NCBI RefSeq assembly: GCF_000743755.1
Contig: NW_014569518.1
Coordinates: forward strand, 1 to 57,125
DNA: 57,125 bases
Source of the DNA: Blastocystis sp. subtype 4
Taxonomy: Eukaryota
Reading direction: 5' to 3'
The first letter of the stretch is position 1. Every line of letters begins with the position of its first letter. The notes below the pieces were generated by a model. That model ran no database searches and was not told the origin of the DNA. It worked only from the letters and a program-made list of their open reading frames with translations. The translations under genes and the position numbers were made by a program. Positions 11,447 through 24,212 of this stretch are shown in pieces.

Positions 11447-12971
11447 ATGAACCCAGAAGAACAAGCAGAATTGAATGTAAGCACTCGTAATTTGATTCAT
11501 TTCAAGGGTTTCAATGGATATAGAGTGAATAACGAGGTTTTCGAATTCTGTTCCAGTGACAATGTAGACACCTGTTGTTCGAGAAGAGCCTGTGAAACCC
11601 AAGAAACAGGGGTTATTCTCTAAACTGAAAGGATTATTTGTGAAGCGAAAGTGTACTTGTGTTTATACTTGTGTGATTCCTAGCGATGGAGATTGAATCT
11701 CCTTATGACTTTCGTCATAATATGCATATTTATGTGGATGTCAACTCTCCTTGTGGTAATGATGTCACTAGAGTTCTTACCTATAGGATTGAGTGGACTG
11801 CCTGATGAATGGCGACTTCTTCTTGAATCGAGTAATATTTCCAAAGATGATGTCATCAACAATGGAGAAGCTGTGATTAACGCATTAGCCTATCAGTTCA
11901 AGCCGGAAGTGATTCCAACAGCTCAGGATATGCTAGATATGGATGCCATGTTGAGAGATAGTAAGTGTGTTTTGTTTGGTTCATTCATAGAATCATTCAT
12001 TCGTGAGGAGGATCCAAAAGAATACTATCGTGGTTTGAAGGAAGTTCTTGGTGAAGGCGGGTATAGTACTGTGTATGCATGATGAGGTCGATCGATTCAT
12101 AGATACAAAGCTACCAATATAAAGACAGAAGAGGTTGTGGCTGTGAAGGTGACTTCACTTTCGGAGCTTCTCAACATTCGTCAGGAATTAGCCCTCCAGA
12201 AAACTTGTCATCACTCCAATATTATGACAGTGGGTGACTGTTTTAATTGGAAGGACAAACTGTGGATTGTGATGGAGTATATGGAGAAGGGATCATTATT
12301 TGGCATTGTGGGAAAAGATGTCCACTTTGAAGAGAAATATATTGCATATGTTTGTAAGGGTATTTTGAGTGCCTTAAGTAGCATGCATCATGATAATCGA
12401 ATTCATCGAGGTAATGTTGATAGATCTGTGTGATAAGTAGATATCAAGAGTGATAATATTCTTATTAATGGAAAGGGTGAAGTGAAACTTGCGGATTTCG
12501 GTTTTGCGGTACGGCTGGCTTCGGATGTCGCATTTTGTTTCGATGTTAATTCATAGAAAGAACGTCGTAAATCTGTGGTTGGCACTCCGTTCTGGATGGC
12601 CCCAGAATTGATCCAAGGAGGTGGTTACAATTCGAGCGTAGACATCTGGTCTCTTGGTATCACTGCTCTGGAGATGGCTGATGGAGAACCTCCCCATTAT
12701 CATGACGCTCCTCTCAAGGCATTGCTTCTCATTCATACGAGTCCTTCTCCAACTGTTCTCGAACCTGAAAAGTGGAGTGACGATTTTAAGGACTACTTGG
12801 CACGTTCACTCGATACGAATGTAAGAGTTGTTAGGAAGAAATGAGATATAGCCGGAGAAGCGAGCGACAGCCAATGAATTATTGCAACATCCGTTTTTGA
12901 AGCAGGCATGTAATGCAGAGGAATTCTTGCTATTTGTGAATGATATTCTTGCGAAGCGAAAGAATCAATAG
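11447..12971 (+). CDS. PAK/STE20-family Ser/Thr kinase with CRIB motif
   Basis: CRIB-like EIESPYDFRHNMHI; kinase motifs GEGGYS, VAVK, IHR|DIKSDNIL, LADFG, VGTPFWMAPE and DIWSLGITALEMADGEPP. Confidence 0.9.
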
Positions 12972-13065
12972 GATTTTAGCGTGTTTGTTTTTGAATTCGT
13001 ATTTTGCATGAACGATGGAGAATCGCGGGAATCGAACCAGAATAGAAGAATCTAAAAAAAGTTGA

Positions 13066-13666
13066 ATGGATTTTGATAAGCAGTTTGGAACTATCGCTTC
13101 GGCCCCTATGATGAGAAGAGGTCGTGGATTTACTGAGAAACCGGTGGTTCAACCTATTCCTATGCAACGTCAAAATCGTATTCGTTCGACCCAAAAGAAG
13201 GTTACTCCAAAGACAGAATTGTACTTCGGAATGTCTACTGCTCTTAGCCGATAGTGTTGTGACAAATACAAGAAATCTTCCAAGGAATCCTTCTCCTGCT
13301 TTGAATGTTCAGCGTCGCATCTTCAATGGAAGAAGAGGTGGTTTCCAAGAGTTTCATCGTCGTGGACACAACCGGCCCTATGATCACCGTGGACCTATGA
13401 GAAGAGGTGGTAGACCGGCGAATCGTGGTCCTAGAAGAGGACGATATGGAAATCAGAACCGTGCTCCTCTGAATGAGAGTCAATTAGATGCTCAACTTGA
13501 TAAGTATTTTGAAAAGGTATGAAAGAGGATAACCCATGATTGTTTCTAGGATCCAGAAGTTATGAATCAGAAGCTGGATGCTGATCTCAATGCTTATATG
13601 CAACAACGTGACACGCTCACTCAACCTATAGATACTGTTGCTGACCAACCTACGGCACAAATATGA
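13066..13666 (+). CDS. RGG-rich protein with C-terminal FoP/CHTOP-type duplication (mRNA-export adaptor-like)
   Basis: RG-rich middle region and a duplicated motif QLDAQLDKYF / KLDADLNAYM across a short intron; TGA at 13664-13666. Confidence 0.7.
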
Positions 13667-13696
13667 TTTGTTTGTACTAGTATACTCTAGTGTTTG

Positions 13697-16267
13697 TTAA
13701 CTAACACATGACTTGGTTTCAAAATAAGTAGCTTCTCGTTCTAGATGGAGTTGAATCTGACGCATTACATGGTCAAACTCCAATCGGTCTTTGATCTCCT
13801 GCAACCAATCTTGCAATACATCTTTTGCTCCTCCTTGGATCTGACATCCAATTTCATAAGCCTTTTTCATATCCCCTCTACATGTTATTCACTCGCTCCT
13901 TCTCTACTTCATCAGACAATCATTCATCTTTTCAATTTGAACTAAGGGATCCTCTGGGTCCACGCCCTGAGTACCAACCATCGATGCAACAGTACGACCT
14001 AGTATCTGCCCTGCAAAACTTGCATCTTCTGCAGTCTTTGAAGCAGCCCGAGCATCCGTACGAAGAGCCTCAAATTCCACCAAATATGTCACTGGAGATG
14101 GAACTCCAGAAATCCGGATGGATTGAGGAATCTTCTGAATAAGATACTTCAAGATTGGATCTTCATCAGCCTTTGAAGCTAACATGCCAATCTCTTCAGT
14201 AATATCACCTCCTTGAATGGCCTTATTCTGTAGATGAATGAAAGCTCGTTGACATTCTTGATGAACCAAACTTGATTCAAAGATACGAATACTGTTATCA
14301 ATACGAAGAATCAAATTATTCACACGTTTTTGCATTTCTATTAGAATTCTTTGTTTTTCCTCTTTTTCCTCTTCTACCATATTCTTCATATCTCTCATTT
14401 TCTTCTTCATTTCCTCATGTAATGATTCACTTAATATTTCTTCTTCTTGTAAACGTTTTGCTTTCTCCCACATCTCTTCAGCATATACCAGATCATCCAA
14501 TTGGTCAATATACGCTTTCTGAATTGCTGTAACACGGGAATTATAATCATTTAGAATATTCATCACTTGAGTTCGTTCTTCTGGTTGGAATCTTTCTTGT
14601 AATGTCTCACGTAATTCCTCCTCCACGCTTGCTAATTTCGATTCAAAGTCTTCTTCCATCTCCGCACGCTGTTCTTTTAGCAAAGCATACAGGCGACGTG
14701 ACTCCTCCACACTGGCATCTCGCAGCTGTTGTTCCAATTCTTCAATACTATGTTGAATGTCAGAGTCGAGAGCTGTCTGTAGACTGGAGTGTAGTTGGGA
14801 GGTGAGGGAGGTAACTTGATCACGTACAGCAGATTCAACTTGAGAGAGGATGGAAGGTGTGAGAAGTGTGGAACGAGCTTGTTCTAGGACGATCTGAGCA
14901 TGTTCCCAATCTGTGAAATCTTGGGATTGAGAGGATTCAGTCTCTGTGATTGGCTGTTCAGAAGATAGAGTAGGTTCTGGAGAGGATTGCTCTGGTTCAG
15001 AAGAAGACTGATCTGACTCAGTACAGGTTTGCTCAGAATCAGGTACACACTCACACTCCGTTATACTCCGCTCTTTCTCCACAACCTGTTTCCCCTCTTC
15101 AATAACCATTACAGCTCGTTCCATCACTTCTTGCTCCTTCTCCTTCGCTTCGATTTGACGAATCTCATGAATCACTGTTTCAATACGCTCTATCACTTTC
15201 TCTTCATACTCCTTCCAAGGTACTTCGTTCACCAATTCTTTCACTTCTTCTTCAAACACATCTCGAATTTCTTGTCTTACTTCTTTCAATTCTGTCAACT
15301 CCTCTTTCACATCTTCAATCAATGATATAAAACCCCATTCTCCTTCTTTTGCTTCTTCTGAGGTAGTTACATGCCATTCTGCTGGTTCTTCTGGATGTAA
15401 CTCTTCCACATCCACAACAGTTTCCTCAGTTGATCCTTCCTCAACCGTTGCACTCTCTTCATTCGATTCTTCACTTGAAACATTCTCTTCCTTCACTTGA
15501 GGGAGAAGACAAATGTCAGCTTCAATTCTTCGCTTCTCCTCAAATAGCATCTCACGAGCTGCTAGCAACACACTTACGATTCTCTCTAATTCAACTCCAT
15601 CTATCTTATCGGTTTCATCAATCGAACGAAGCAGATCACGAATCGGCTGCTCCAATTCATCTTCCTTCAGAACTACAGTAATCGGCCCATCTTCTTCTTC
15701 CTCGATCTCTGTAGAAGGGCTAGGCTCTGGCCAGTTCAATGGTAAATAACGTCTCAAGAAAGCTATAGTTTTGGGATAACTCGCCTCACAACGATAAAAG
15801 AAATCTGGAGATAATCTAATGAAACAGTTGACAAATGATACATACTTTAATCCAGTAACAAGACCAATTGGCAAACCAATCACAGCTCCTAACAAGAGTT
15901 TTCCCCAAATACTACTCTTTGATGCTTGGCTACTGGCTGCTGAGGCTTCTGAAATAGGTTGTCCTGTTGGTGGAGGAACCTTGGTAGAACTAGGCGAAGG
16001 CGTTGTCTTTGGGGAAGTACTTTTGATAGATTCCGTCTACAAAGGATATAAGAATATATAAATCAGAATTCAACATCTCAGAGAAAGAAACGATGGTTAC
16101 TCACCTTTGGAGCCGTAGCTGGCTTATATTTCATATTTGGTTTAGTAGAATGATTATTCGAACTCATATGGCGAATACTTCGATACAAAGAACGCGCTCC
16201 CGTTGATCTCTAGTCATAAGATGTGAAATAAAAGGATTACAGGTATACGCTCAATTTTAGATAACAT
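13697..16267 (-). CDS. MIC60: Mic60/mitofilin (MICOS subunit)
   Basis: Basic N-terminal presequence (MLSKIERIP|RSTGARSLYRSIRHMSS), a TM segment (LLGAVIGLPIGLVTG), a long coiled coil, and a C-terminal mitofilin-like segment (KGDMKKAYE...DWLQEIKDRLEFDHVMRQI). Confidence 0.72.
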
Positions 16268-16436
16268 TGGAATACAGTAAAGGGACTATGACAGAGATAG
16301 AAAGCAAGATATGAATTTGCATATGCAAAATGTTGTCAGAAAAACCAGAAAATTACTCTATTTCAGCAATTCCGTAACAACATACAATTATGGTAATACA
16401 GGATTGACAAAGCAGAGAACTAAATTGAAAGACATT

Positions 16437-18515
16437 ATGACAGGTATCTTTCTTTTCTCCTCATTTAACTCATATAGACCAACAAAAGTTGTATGATGTC
16501 AGTATTTTGATCGAAGACCTTCGAAATGAGCAAACTTCAGTACGAGTAGCTGCAATGCGAAGATTAAAAGAGATCGGTAGATGTTATTTCCTGAATTACG
16601 ACCTGTAGCCACAGTTCTCGGGCCCCAAAGGACGCGTGATGAATTATTCACATATCTATTTGGTATGAGGATCAGCAGTCTGGTTATTTGTAGAACTCAT
16701 TGATAGTGATGATGAGGTATTGGTGATTATGGCAGAACAGATGGGTTTGAGTATATTTTCATGTTTATCATAGGTGATTTTCTTCCATTAGTGGGTGGAC
16801 CAGAGTATTGTGAGTACATTCTCGATATCCTGGAAAAGCTCTGTACGATGCAGGAAGTGACTGTCCGTGATGCTGTATGATTGATTGAAACGGTTTATAG
16901 TAAGGCAACAAAGTCCATTCTGAAACTCTGTGATCAGTTAACTCCTGAAGAAATTGGTGAATTTATTTCTGCTATGGCTATTCGAATGCATAACGGAGAA
17001 TGGTACACATCCAAGTGAGCTCGTTTGGTTTGTTTGAATGTAGGATTTGTGTGTGTTCTATCCTACCCATTCTCTACAAAACAAAATTGGCAACAGGCGA
17101 TTTTGAGACGGTTGTAGAAATGTATGATGAATTGTGTAAGGATTCCGTTCCTATGATCCGAAAAGCGGCTATTAGTGTAATTCCAGAGTTCATTAAGGTT
17201 ATGGATGTATTGAATAATCGAATGAATGAGTTGTAGAAAGAATCATGTAAACTGATTCTTGTTCGTTCTCTCTATATTCTTGTGCGTGATGAACAGGATA
17301 GTATTCGTATATGTGGTAATTCCAGTTGTGTTGCTCTGGCTACTGTTTTGTCAGAAGAAGATCGCATCTCTCTGATTCTCCCTCTCTTCCTCGAATTAGC
17401 CACGGACAATAGTTGGAGAGTCCGTTTCACTACAGTAACACAAATCGGGGATATTTGTTCACTATTTCCAAAGGGAATCATCGAGACACGAATTCTCCCG
17501 GAATATCTTCGTCTGATGCAGGATCCAGAATTAGAAGTGCGAACAGGGGCAGCTGGTTCTATCAGCAAGATATGCGCTCATCTCGATGCATCGGTAATAA
17601 TTGATCAAGTCGTCAATATTATTGATGAATTGAGCAATGATCCTAGCGAACATGTTCGAATTGCCCTTGCTGGTGATTTTCTGAGTAGGAATCAGGAATG
17701 ATTGAGATGTCAGATTTATGTTCGATTCTGGGAGAACAGTCCACAGAACAATTGCTCTTACCAATATATACTCGATTATTGGTAGATACAAATACACGTG
17801 TTCGTTTGAACATTGTTTCAAATTTTGACAAAATCAAGCAGATTTTAAGTACTCAGTTATTAGTGACTAATTTGCTTCCTACCTTGATAGCACTAAAGAA
17901 TGACTTAGACTGGCGCGTTCGTCAGAGTCTTCTACAGTATATCCCTCTGTTAAGTGAACAGTTGGGGAAGGATATAACTTACAAGGAATTACGACCTATC
18001 TTGTGTGAGTGAGTGAAGGATGGTATTGTGAATGTAGTTATACTACTGACAATGTAGCTGCAATCAGAGAGAGTGCTGTCGGAATTATGGTGAAATTGTT
18101 CTCTTTATATGGAGAAGATTTTGCTGAGGATACTCTCTTTCCAAACGCATCAGATCTTCTGCATCATGAAAAGTACTTGTTACGAATAACAGGAATTCAT
18201 ATTCTTATGGTAGTACAGAATAACATGATAAAGTTATAGGGTGTGGGGACACAAATGTCAACAGAATTGGTATCGAGTCGGGTATTGTCACTATTGAGCG
18301 AGGTAAAGGATGACGCTGTGGCAAATGTGCGTTTGAATGTAGCGAAGGCATTGAAACAATTGAAGAATGGATTCACTAAAGAGGTGACCGAGTCAACTGT
18401 GTGAGTTGGAAAATGATTTGACCTCTAGGTTATTCCTATCTTACGAAAATACCAACAAGATTCAGATCGAGATGTTCGATACTTCGCTCAGATTGCATTG
18501 GAGAATTGGGGATAA
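16437..18515 (+). CDS. PPP2R1A: Protein phosphatase 2A scaffold subunit A (HEAT repeats)
   Basis: LIEDLRNEQTSVRVAAMRRLKEI..LGPQRTRDEL, DDEVLVIMAEQ, DSVPMIRKAA, DNSWRVR, DPELEVR, VANVRLNVAK and DSDRDVRYFAQIAL. Confidence 0.92.
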
Positions 18516-18665
18516 ACGGAACTGTTTTTCTATGGAGCTCTTTGTTTCAAATACACTCTCTAAGCGCAATTGGGTTCCCAAATTCGGTACCTCGCAGTTA
18601 CTCCAAGAATCGGGACTGTAATGATTCCCTTCGATAAATGGAAAACAATAGATTTGAATTGAAAG

Positions 18666-19128
18666 ATGGCATACTTCCTCCCTCATCTTCATTCTGCTTA
18701 TGCTGTGGACAGAGCTATTCAGGATGAAACAGAAAAACTTGTTGTTGTTCGTTTTGGTCATGATACCGATAAACAATGTATGCTTGTAGGGGATTCCTTG
18801 TACTTATCTTTATTTGTAGCAAGATGAAACGCTTATGAAGATTGCAGACCTCGTTAAGAATTTCGTTGTAATCTATCTTGTTGACATTACTGAAGTTCCA
18901 GACTTCAATGCCATGTATGAACTATTCGATCCATGTACTGTCATGTTCTTTTTCCGAAACAAGCATATGATGATCGATCTAGGAACCGGTAACAACAACA
19001 AGATAAACTGGCCTCTAACAAATAAAGACGAAATGATCGCTATCATGGAAACCATTTATCGAGGAGCCATCAAAGGACGTGGAATTGTTATTTCTCCGTT
19101 CGATTATTCCACACGAAATAAGTTCTGA
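18666..19128 (+). CDS. TXNL4A: U5 snRNP thioredoxin-like protein Dim1/Dib1
   Basis: MAYFLPHLHSAYAVDRAI...VVVRFGHD and YLVDITEVPDFNAMYELFDPCTVMFFFRNKHMMIDLGTGNNNKINW; one intron. Confidence 0.96.
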
Positions 19129-19247
19129 TTACTGAATTGTCAGATCGCTCTCCTTCCCTTTAACCTTCTTGGTATGATAAATTTTTTGTTTTGAACAAAC
19201 TGAAACTGATTTCTGTGACTTTCAGTCAGTATTCTACAAGTCTCAAC

Positions 19248-20719
19248 ATGACGGAACAGACGAGTGACATTGGTCTGGAGAATTTGTCTCCAATTAACCC
19301 CGAAATTATGCAATACCAGGCTACCATCAACATTGGTAGGGTTGTTTCTTTGGATCCATTATTCGATAGGTACTATTGGTCATGTAGCTCATGGTAAGTC
19401 CACTGTTGTGAAGGCCATTTCTGGAGTACAAGTTGGTGATTAGTGGGTACTGCCTAATGTTAAGACTGTCCGTTTCAAGAACGAACTGGAACGAAATATT
19501 ACAATCAAATTGGGTTATGCCAACGCCAAGATCTACAAATGCGATAATCCGGACTGTCCTGCGTATGTGATGAGTGTGAATCGATTGATTGGATAGTCCT
19601 GACTGTTACGCATCCTTTGGTTCGGACTGTGAACCTCATCCTATGTGTAAACGTCCTGGTTGTGGGAGCACAATGACTCTGCTTCGTCATGTATCGTTTG
19701 TAGATTGTCCTGGACATGATGTACTAATGGCAACTATGTTGAATGGAGCTGCTGTGATGGATGCTGCATTATTATTGATTGCAGGAAACGAGCCTTGTCC
19801 TCAGCCTCAAACAAGTGAACATCTTGCAGCTGTAGAGATTATGAAGCTTCAGAATCTGATTATTCTTCAAAATAAGATTGATTTGATTAAGAAGGAACAA
19901 GCTATGGTTCAATTTGATAGTATTCGCTCCTTTGTATCAGGTACAGTAGCTGAGAAAGCACCAATCATTCCAATCTCTGCTCAGTTGAAGTATAACATTG
20001 ATGTGGTATGTGAGTATATTGTCAATACCATTCCTATCCCTCTACGTGATTACACAAGTGCTCCTCACATGATTGTGATTCGATCTTTTGATGTGAACAA
20101 ACCTGGTCAGCGAGCAGATGATTTGAAAGGAGGAGTTGCAGGTGGTTCTATTTTGAAGGGTGTACTTCGTCTGGGTGATGAGATTGAGATTCTGCCTGGA
20201 ATTGTGAGTAAGAACCAGCAAGGTGAGATTACTAACACTCCAATTTATGCTCGTGTCGAATCACTTCATGCAGAGAAGAACACTCTTCGTTATGCAGTTC
20301 CTGGAGGTCTGATTGGTGTGGGTACAAAGATTGATCCTACTCTGACTCGTGCTGATCGTCTGGTGGGTCAGGTATTAGGCCACAAGGGAAAACTGCCAAA
20401 TGTGTTTACTGAGATCAGTGTCACCTTCTATCTGCTTCGCCGTTTGCTGGGTGTGACTGAGCAGGAAGCTGATGGAAAGGCGAAGGTGAAGAAGCTGGCG
20501 AAAGGAGAAGTGTTGATGGTGAATATTGGATCCACAAGTACTGGAGGACGTGTGATGAGTGTGAAGAATGATACTGCGAGAATTGCTCTTACGAAACCTG
20601 TAAGAGAGTGATGGAAAGTTGATGTATAGGTTTGCACGCAGGAGGGAGAGAAGATTGCTTTGAGCAGAAGAATCTCGAATCATTGGAGATTGATTGGTTG
20701 GGGTCAGATCGTGCATTAG
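19248..20719 (+). CDS. EIF2S3: Translation initiation factor eIF2 gamma
   Basis: [58 protein letters not shown] and [16 protein letters not shown]. Confidence 0.97.
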
Positions 20720-20762
20720 AGGTTATTTATTAACTTGTTTGTAGTAAACATGGAAAGAGAAG

Positions 20763-21772
20763 TTATTCCATCAAATACTCTGGATTTTCTATAAATGCTT
20801 TGAATGATGAGAGAATGGAGTTGCATTGGAGTTCATCCAATTTCATGGCATTGAAAGAAAAGTTGTAGTTTTGCATTGAGCATGCCGTTATCGTTTCATC
20901 TTCCTCTACATGCACCGTCTTATAAGGTTCTCCCAGAGTCAGCGTTCCCATCTCATCAGGTGATGACAACATGCCTCCAGCACAATCCACAGCATCCACA
21001 ATACTCACAGTAACGTTTCCTGTGAGTGGTAGAGATTCTCCCGTCTTTCCAGCTTCAATAGCCTTATGAATATCTAAAAGCGTCTTCTTCTGAACATCTA
21101 TCACTTAAATCATCCCAACACAAATACCAGGAATTGTAAAGCACTTTGACATATTGTAGCCAACTCCTAAACACACATTCACATGAACGCTCTTCATCGA
21201 GGATTCCCGCAAGAGAGCATTGGTAATAGCCTTTACAGCGACGTCTGTGGAGGAAAGTGTTACGTTTGCTGTTGTCGATACACTGGTGAGGAACGACAGA
21301 AGAGAAGATATGTTGGCAGAACCATACATGTATGAATGTGGAATCTGCTTCTTGATTAATTGATCCATTTCCACTTGAGATTTCCGAGAACTGTCAAGTG
21401 GTTCATCATAATAGTTCGTTTCTATTCGTAAACTTCATAATCAATATCTACGAACTCCTGAAGAAGGGATTACTGGCTTTGTCTGCTGCTTTCCCGATTT
21501 CTTGTTGTCCAAGAAGTTTTGGACATCGTACCCCATAATTCTTCCACCTAAACCCGTTCCTACAATACACGAAGCATCCAGATTATTCAGAGCGACCAAT
21601 CGTCTTGCAGAAGGCATAAGGAAGTCTATTCATAATACCAACGGACCCAGTAACAACGCTTGGTGTATTCGGAACTAAAAGGACGAACCATGTGGGCAAC
21701 ACTACATGTTACGAATATGTTTTCTTTGTACTTGGATACGAACCTTGGAAGTGACTTTTTCACGACAAACAT
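20763..21772 (-). CDS. Pyruvate dehydrogenase E3-binding protein (protein X)/E2-like protein with no lipoyl domain and a non-catalytic core
   Basis: Presequence-like N-terminus, then a peripheral subunit-binding domain (LMPSARRLVALNNLDASCIVGTGLGGRIMGYDV), then KKQIPHSY...AVKAITNAL...FKAFIENPEYLME. The DHRxxDG position reads NAMKLDE. Confidence 0.7.
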
Positions 21773-21879
21773 GAAACTGATGAATGGAGAATGAAAACAA
21801 ATGACGAAGAAATGGTTCGCAATATTCCTGAGATATGTGAACAAGTATGGAAAGAATATTAAACCATCGTTCAAACACA

Positions 21880-22945
21880 ATGGCATTGACTGATCGTAAC
21901 TATGTTCTATCGTCTGCTACGCAATTGGTATTGTGCTTTTCTTAGTATAAGTGTAAATAGAGGAGACTGGTTGTCAGAAAACCAAATGATACAAACTGTT
22001 CAGTGATTGGGTCATATTAAAAGGCAATGATTGGTGTGTCCCGGTCTTTGCGATATAATGGTATTTTGACCAGAAGTGTTTTGGTTCACTTGCCATCTTC
22101 TCTAACCAAAAGACGGTATCTGCTCAAACGTGTCGCTATTATGCGTGTTTTGATGGACTCATTCATCAGACGAATTCATATTGATTCATGTGACGAGACT
22201 GTATTAGATCTCTCTCGTAATCTTTCATTTTGAGAATTATGGATAGGAATGGGTTTAAATGATTCTGACTTGATTCAAATTCTACAGGGAGTGTATCTGT
22301 TACCTTCACTAACAAGGATTGATATTTCAGATAATAAAGTAAGTTCTTCTTTGTTGATGGAATGTAGTTCACTTGTTCTGGCTTGCGTGTACTTCTGCAA
22401 ATGCTATCACAGTGTGGATCCCTTCGTGAAGTGAATATTATGTGATATGTGGAGTAAGTTCCTGATTCGTAGGAATAATTGGCTAATGGATGATTCAATT
22501 GAATTATTTACTTCTTTCATCAGTACTCTGAATCTTCGGACGTTGCGGATGTGTAACAATCAGTTTGGATACAAAGGAATCATAATGTCTAGAATTCATG
22601 AACGGAACATCTCAGATCTCTCTTTCATTACAGCATCACATATCGAAGAGTTATATCTCGATAATAATCGTATTGGAAATGCTGGATTGCATCATCTACT
22701 AACATTGCTTATGAATAATCAATGTCTGAAACGACTTTCAATTCGTAACAATGATATTGGAGATACAGGAGCTCTCTTACTAGTGGATTTCCTACGTAGG
22801 ATTTCTGAGTTCTTGCCATATAGAACACAATTCGAGTCTCGAAGTAGTTGATATGCGAAATAACTCCCTCTTCAAGCCAGAATCCAGTAAGGCTGTTCAG
22901 ACCCTTTCTGATTCTCCTCGAGTTTTATTCACTTATCCTCAGTAG
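21880..22945 (+). CDS. Leucine-rich repeat (RNI-like) protein
   Basis: Repeats LEELYLDNNRIGNAG, LKRLSIRNNDIGDTG and LTRIDISDNK. Exon boundaries are approximate. Confidence 0.75.
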
Positions 22946-23097
22946 CCATTCAGTGAAACGTTAATTCAAAGATTCGCGCCTGGAGAATCTTGCGATTTCC
23001 ATCGATCTGTTATATCCAGTAAACTATACCGTGACTGTTGTGTTGTACTTCAAATGCTCCAAATTATACTCCATCTCCAGAATATGTAGGTGCTGGA

Positions 23098-24017
23098 ATG
23101 GGAGATATCACAGTTAGAGAGGTGCCTCTGTCAATTCCACCTGAGCTGGTATTCAATATGGCCTTAAGGAATCATCGTAAGATTGAGTCAAGAGTGTAAG
23201 TGTAGAACGAATTGTGGGGAAACTTTTGGAGCAGCCAGGATTATTAGCACAGCGTATTGAAAGCATTATCAGCTTTCTCCAATCGACAAGCGACTCACAA
23301 GAGCGTGAGGATGTGATCGAAGTGATTCTAGCGAACATGCATCTAATCTCTTCATATCTCTCAGCTTCCCCTGTTTTGCACTCTGTAGTCACGTCGTCAT
23401 CTTCTTCATCTTCTTCAACTCCCTCTTCTAGATCGTTGTCTTCTCGATTCAGTTCCCGTTCTTCCTCCTGCAGTTCCATATCATCTACATCGTCTCTTGA
23501 TACTGTGGAACCGCCTATTCAATTCATCATAGAGCTTGGAAACACGATCATGACAACAACAGGACGTGTAGCTCGATCAGGGATTGTGAAGCTGCGTTTG
23601 CTTTCGCTACTAACCACACTAGTTCAAGCCAGCAGTCTTCGTATTCTCCATAGTATTGTAACTCATCGTATTAATGCAACCATTCTTAGCCTCTTCTCCT
23701 TGCATCCATGGAGTAGTATGATTCACATTGCTCTCACAGAATATGTCTTATCTATACTTCAACTGAATAGTAAGGCTCTGCTTTTTGACATCATGAGAAA
23801 TGCGAAACTCCCTTTTCTTATCGTACAGGGTCTTATGGCTGAGAATCGACAGTTTCATGGATACGCAGGTCATTTCCTTCACATTGCTGTTACGATTCAA
23901 CAACGACTTGAAACAGCCAGTTCCACAGAATCTATGTTTGCTTCTACTAGTATTGATAAACATGATATGACAAGGACGGATTGGGATTCTTTTTATTCTC
24001 AATTGCTCACTATGTAA
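23098..24017 (+). CDS. SAPS (PP6/SIT4 regulatory subunit) domain-like protein, short
   Basis: GIVKLRLLSLLTTL, LFSLHPWSSMIH and GYAGHFLHIA resemble SAPS motifs (LFFxYPWNNFLH, GYMGHLTRIAN). Start uncertain. Confidence 0.6.
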
Positions 24018-24121
24018 CTTCTATCCTCTCAGCTGATAATCAGGAGAGTGTTTCTTGCGCCTTGTGTTTGTTAACAAAACTGAAATTGAATCTCGGTAAA
24101 CTCATGGTTACAAGACATATC

Positions 24122-24181
24122 TATAACGTTCAGAACTATTCCCCCGGAACTGGTTTCAGAATAGCCCATCATAGAGTTACA
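24122..24181 (-). promoter_or_regulatory. Eukaryotic SECIS element (type II-like) in the selenoprotein K 3' UTR
   Basis: Minus strand: UGUAAC-ucu-AUGAU-GGGCUAUUCU-G-AAA-CC-aguucc-GG-g-GGAAUAGUUC-UGAA-c-GUUAUA. It has the AUGA/GA core, a 10-bp helix II, AAA 12 nt after the core GA, and helix I. Confidence 0.9.
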
Positions 24182-24212
24182 GGAACGTCTTCATGAGTTT
24201 CCCTTGACTCAA

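Noticed and set aside
16444..16477. PP2A-A first intron GTATCTTT...TTTAAC resembling a U12-type intron
   Set aside because: It is only 34 nt, matches GTATCCTT and TCCTTAAC imperfectly, and is a single case; ordinary U2-type splicing explains it.
23981..24196. 71-aa plus-strand ORF
   Set aside because: It crosses a TGTTTGTT poly(A) motif and is antisense to the SelK 3' UTR/SECIS; no protein features.
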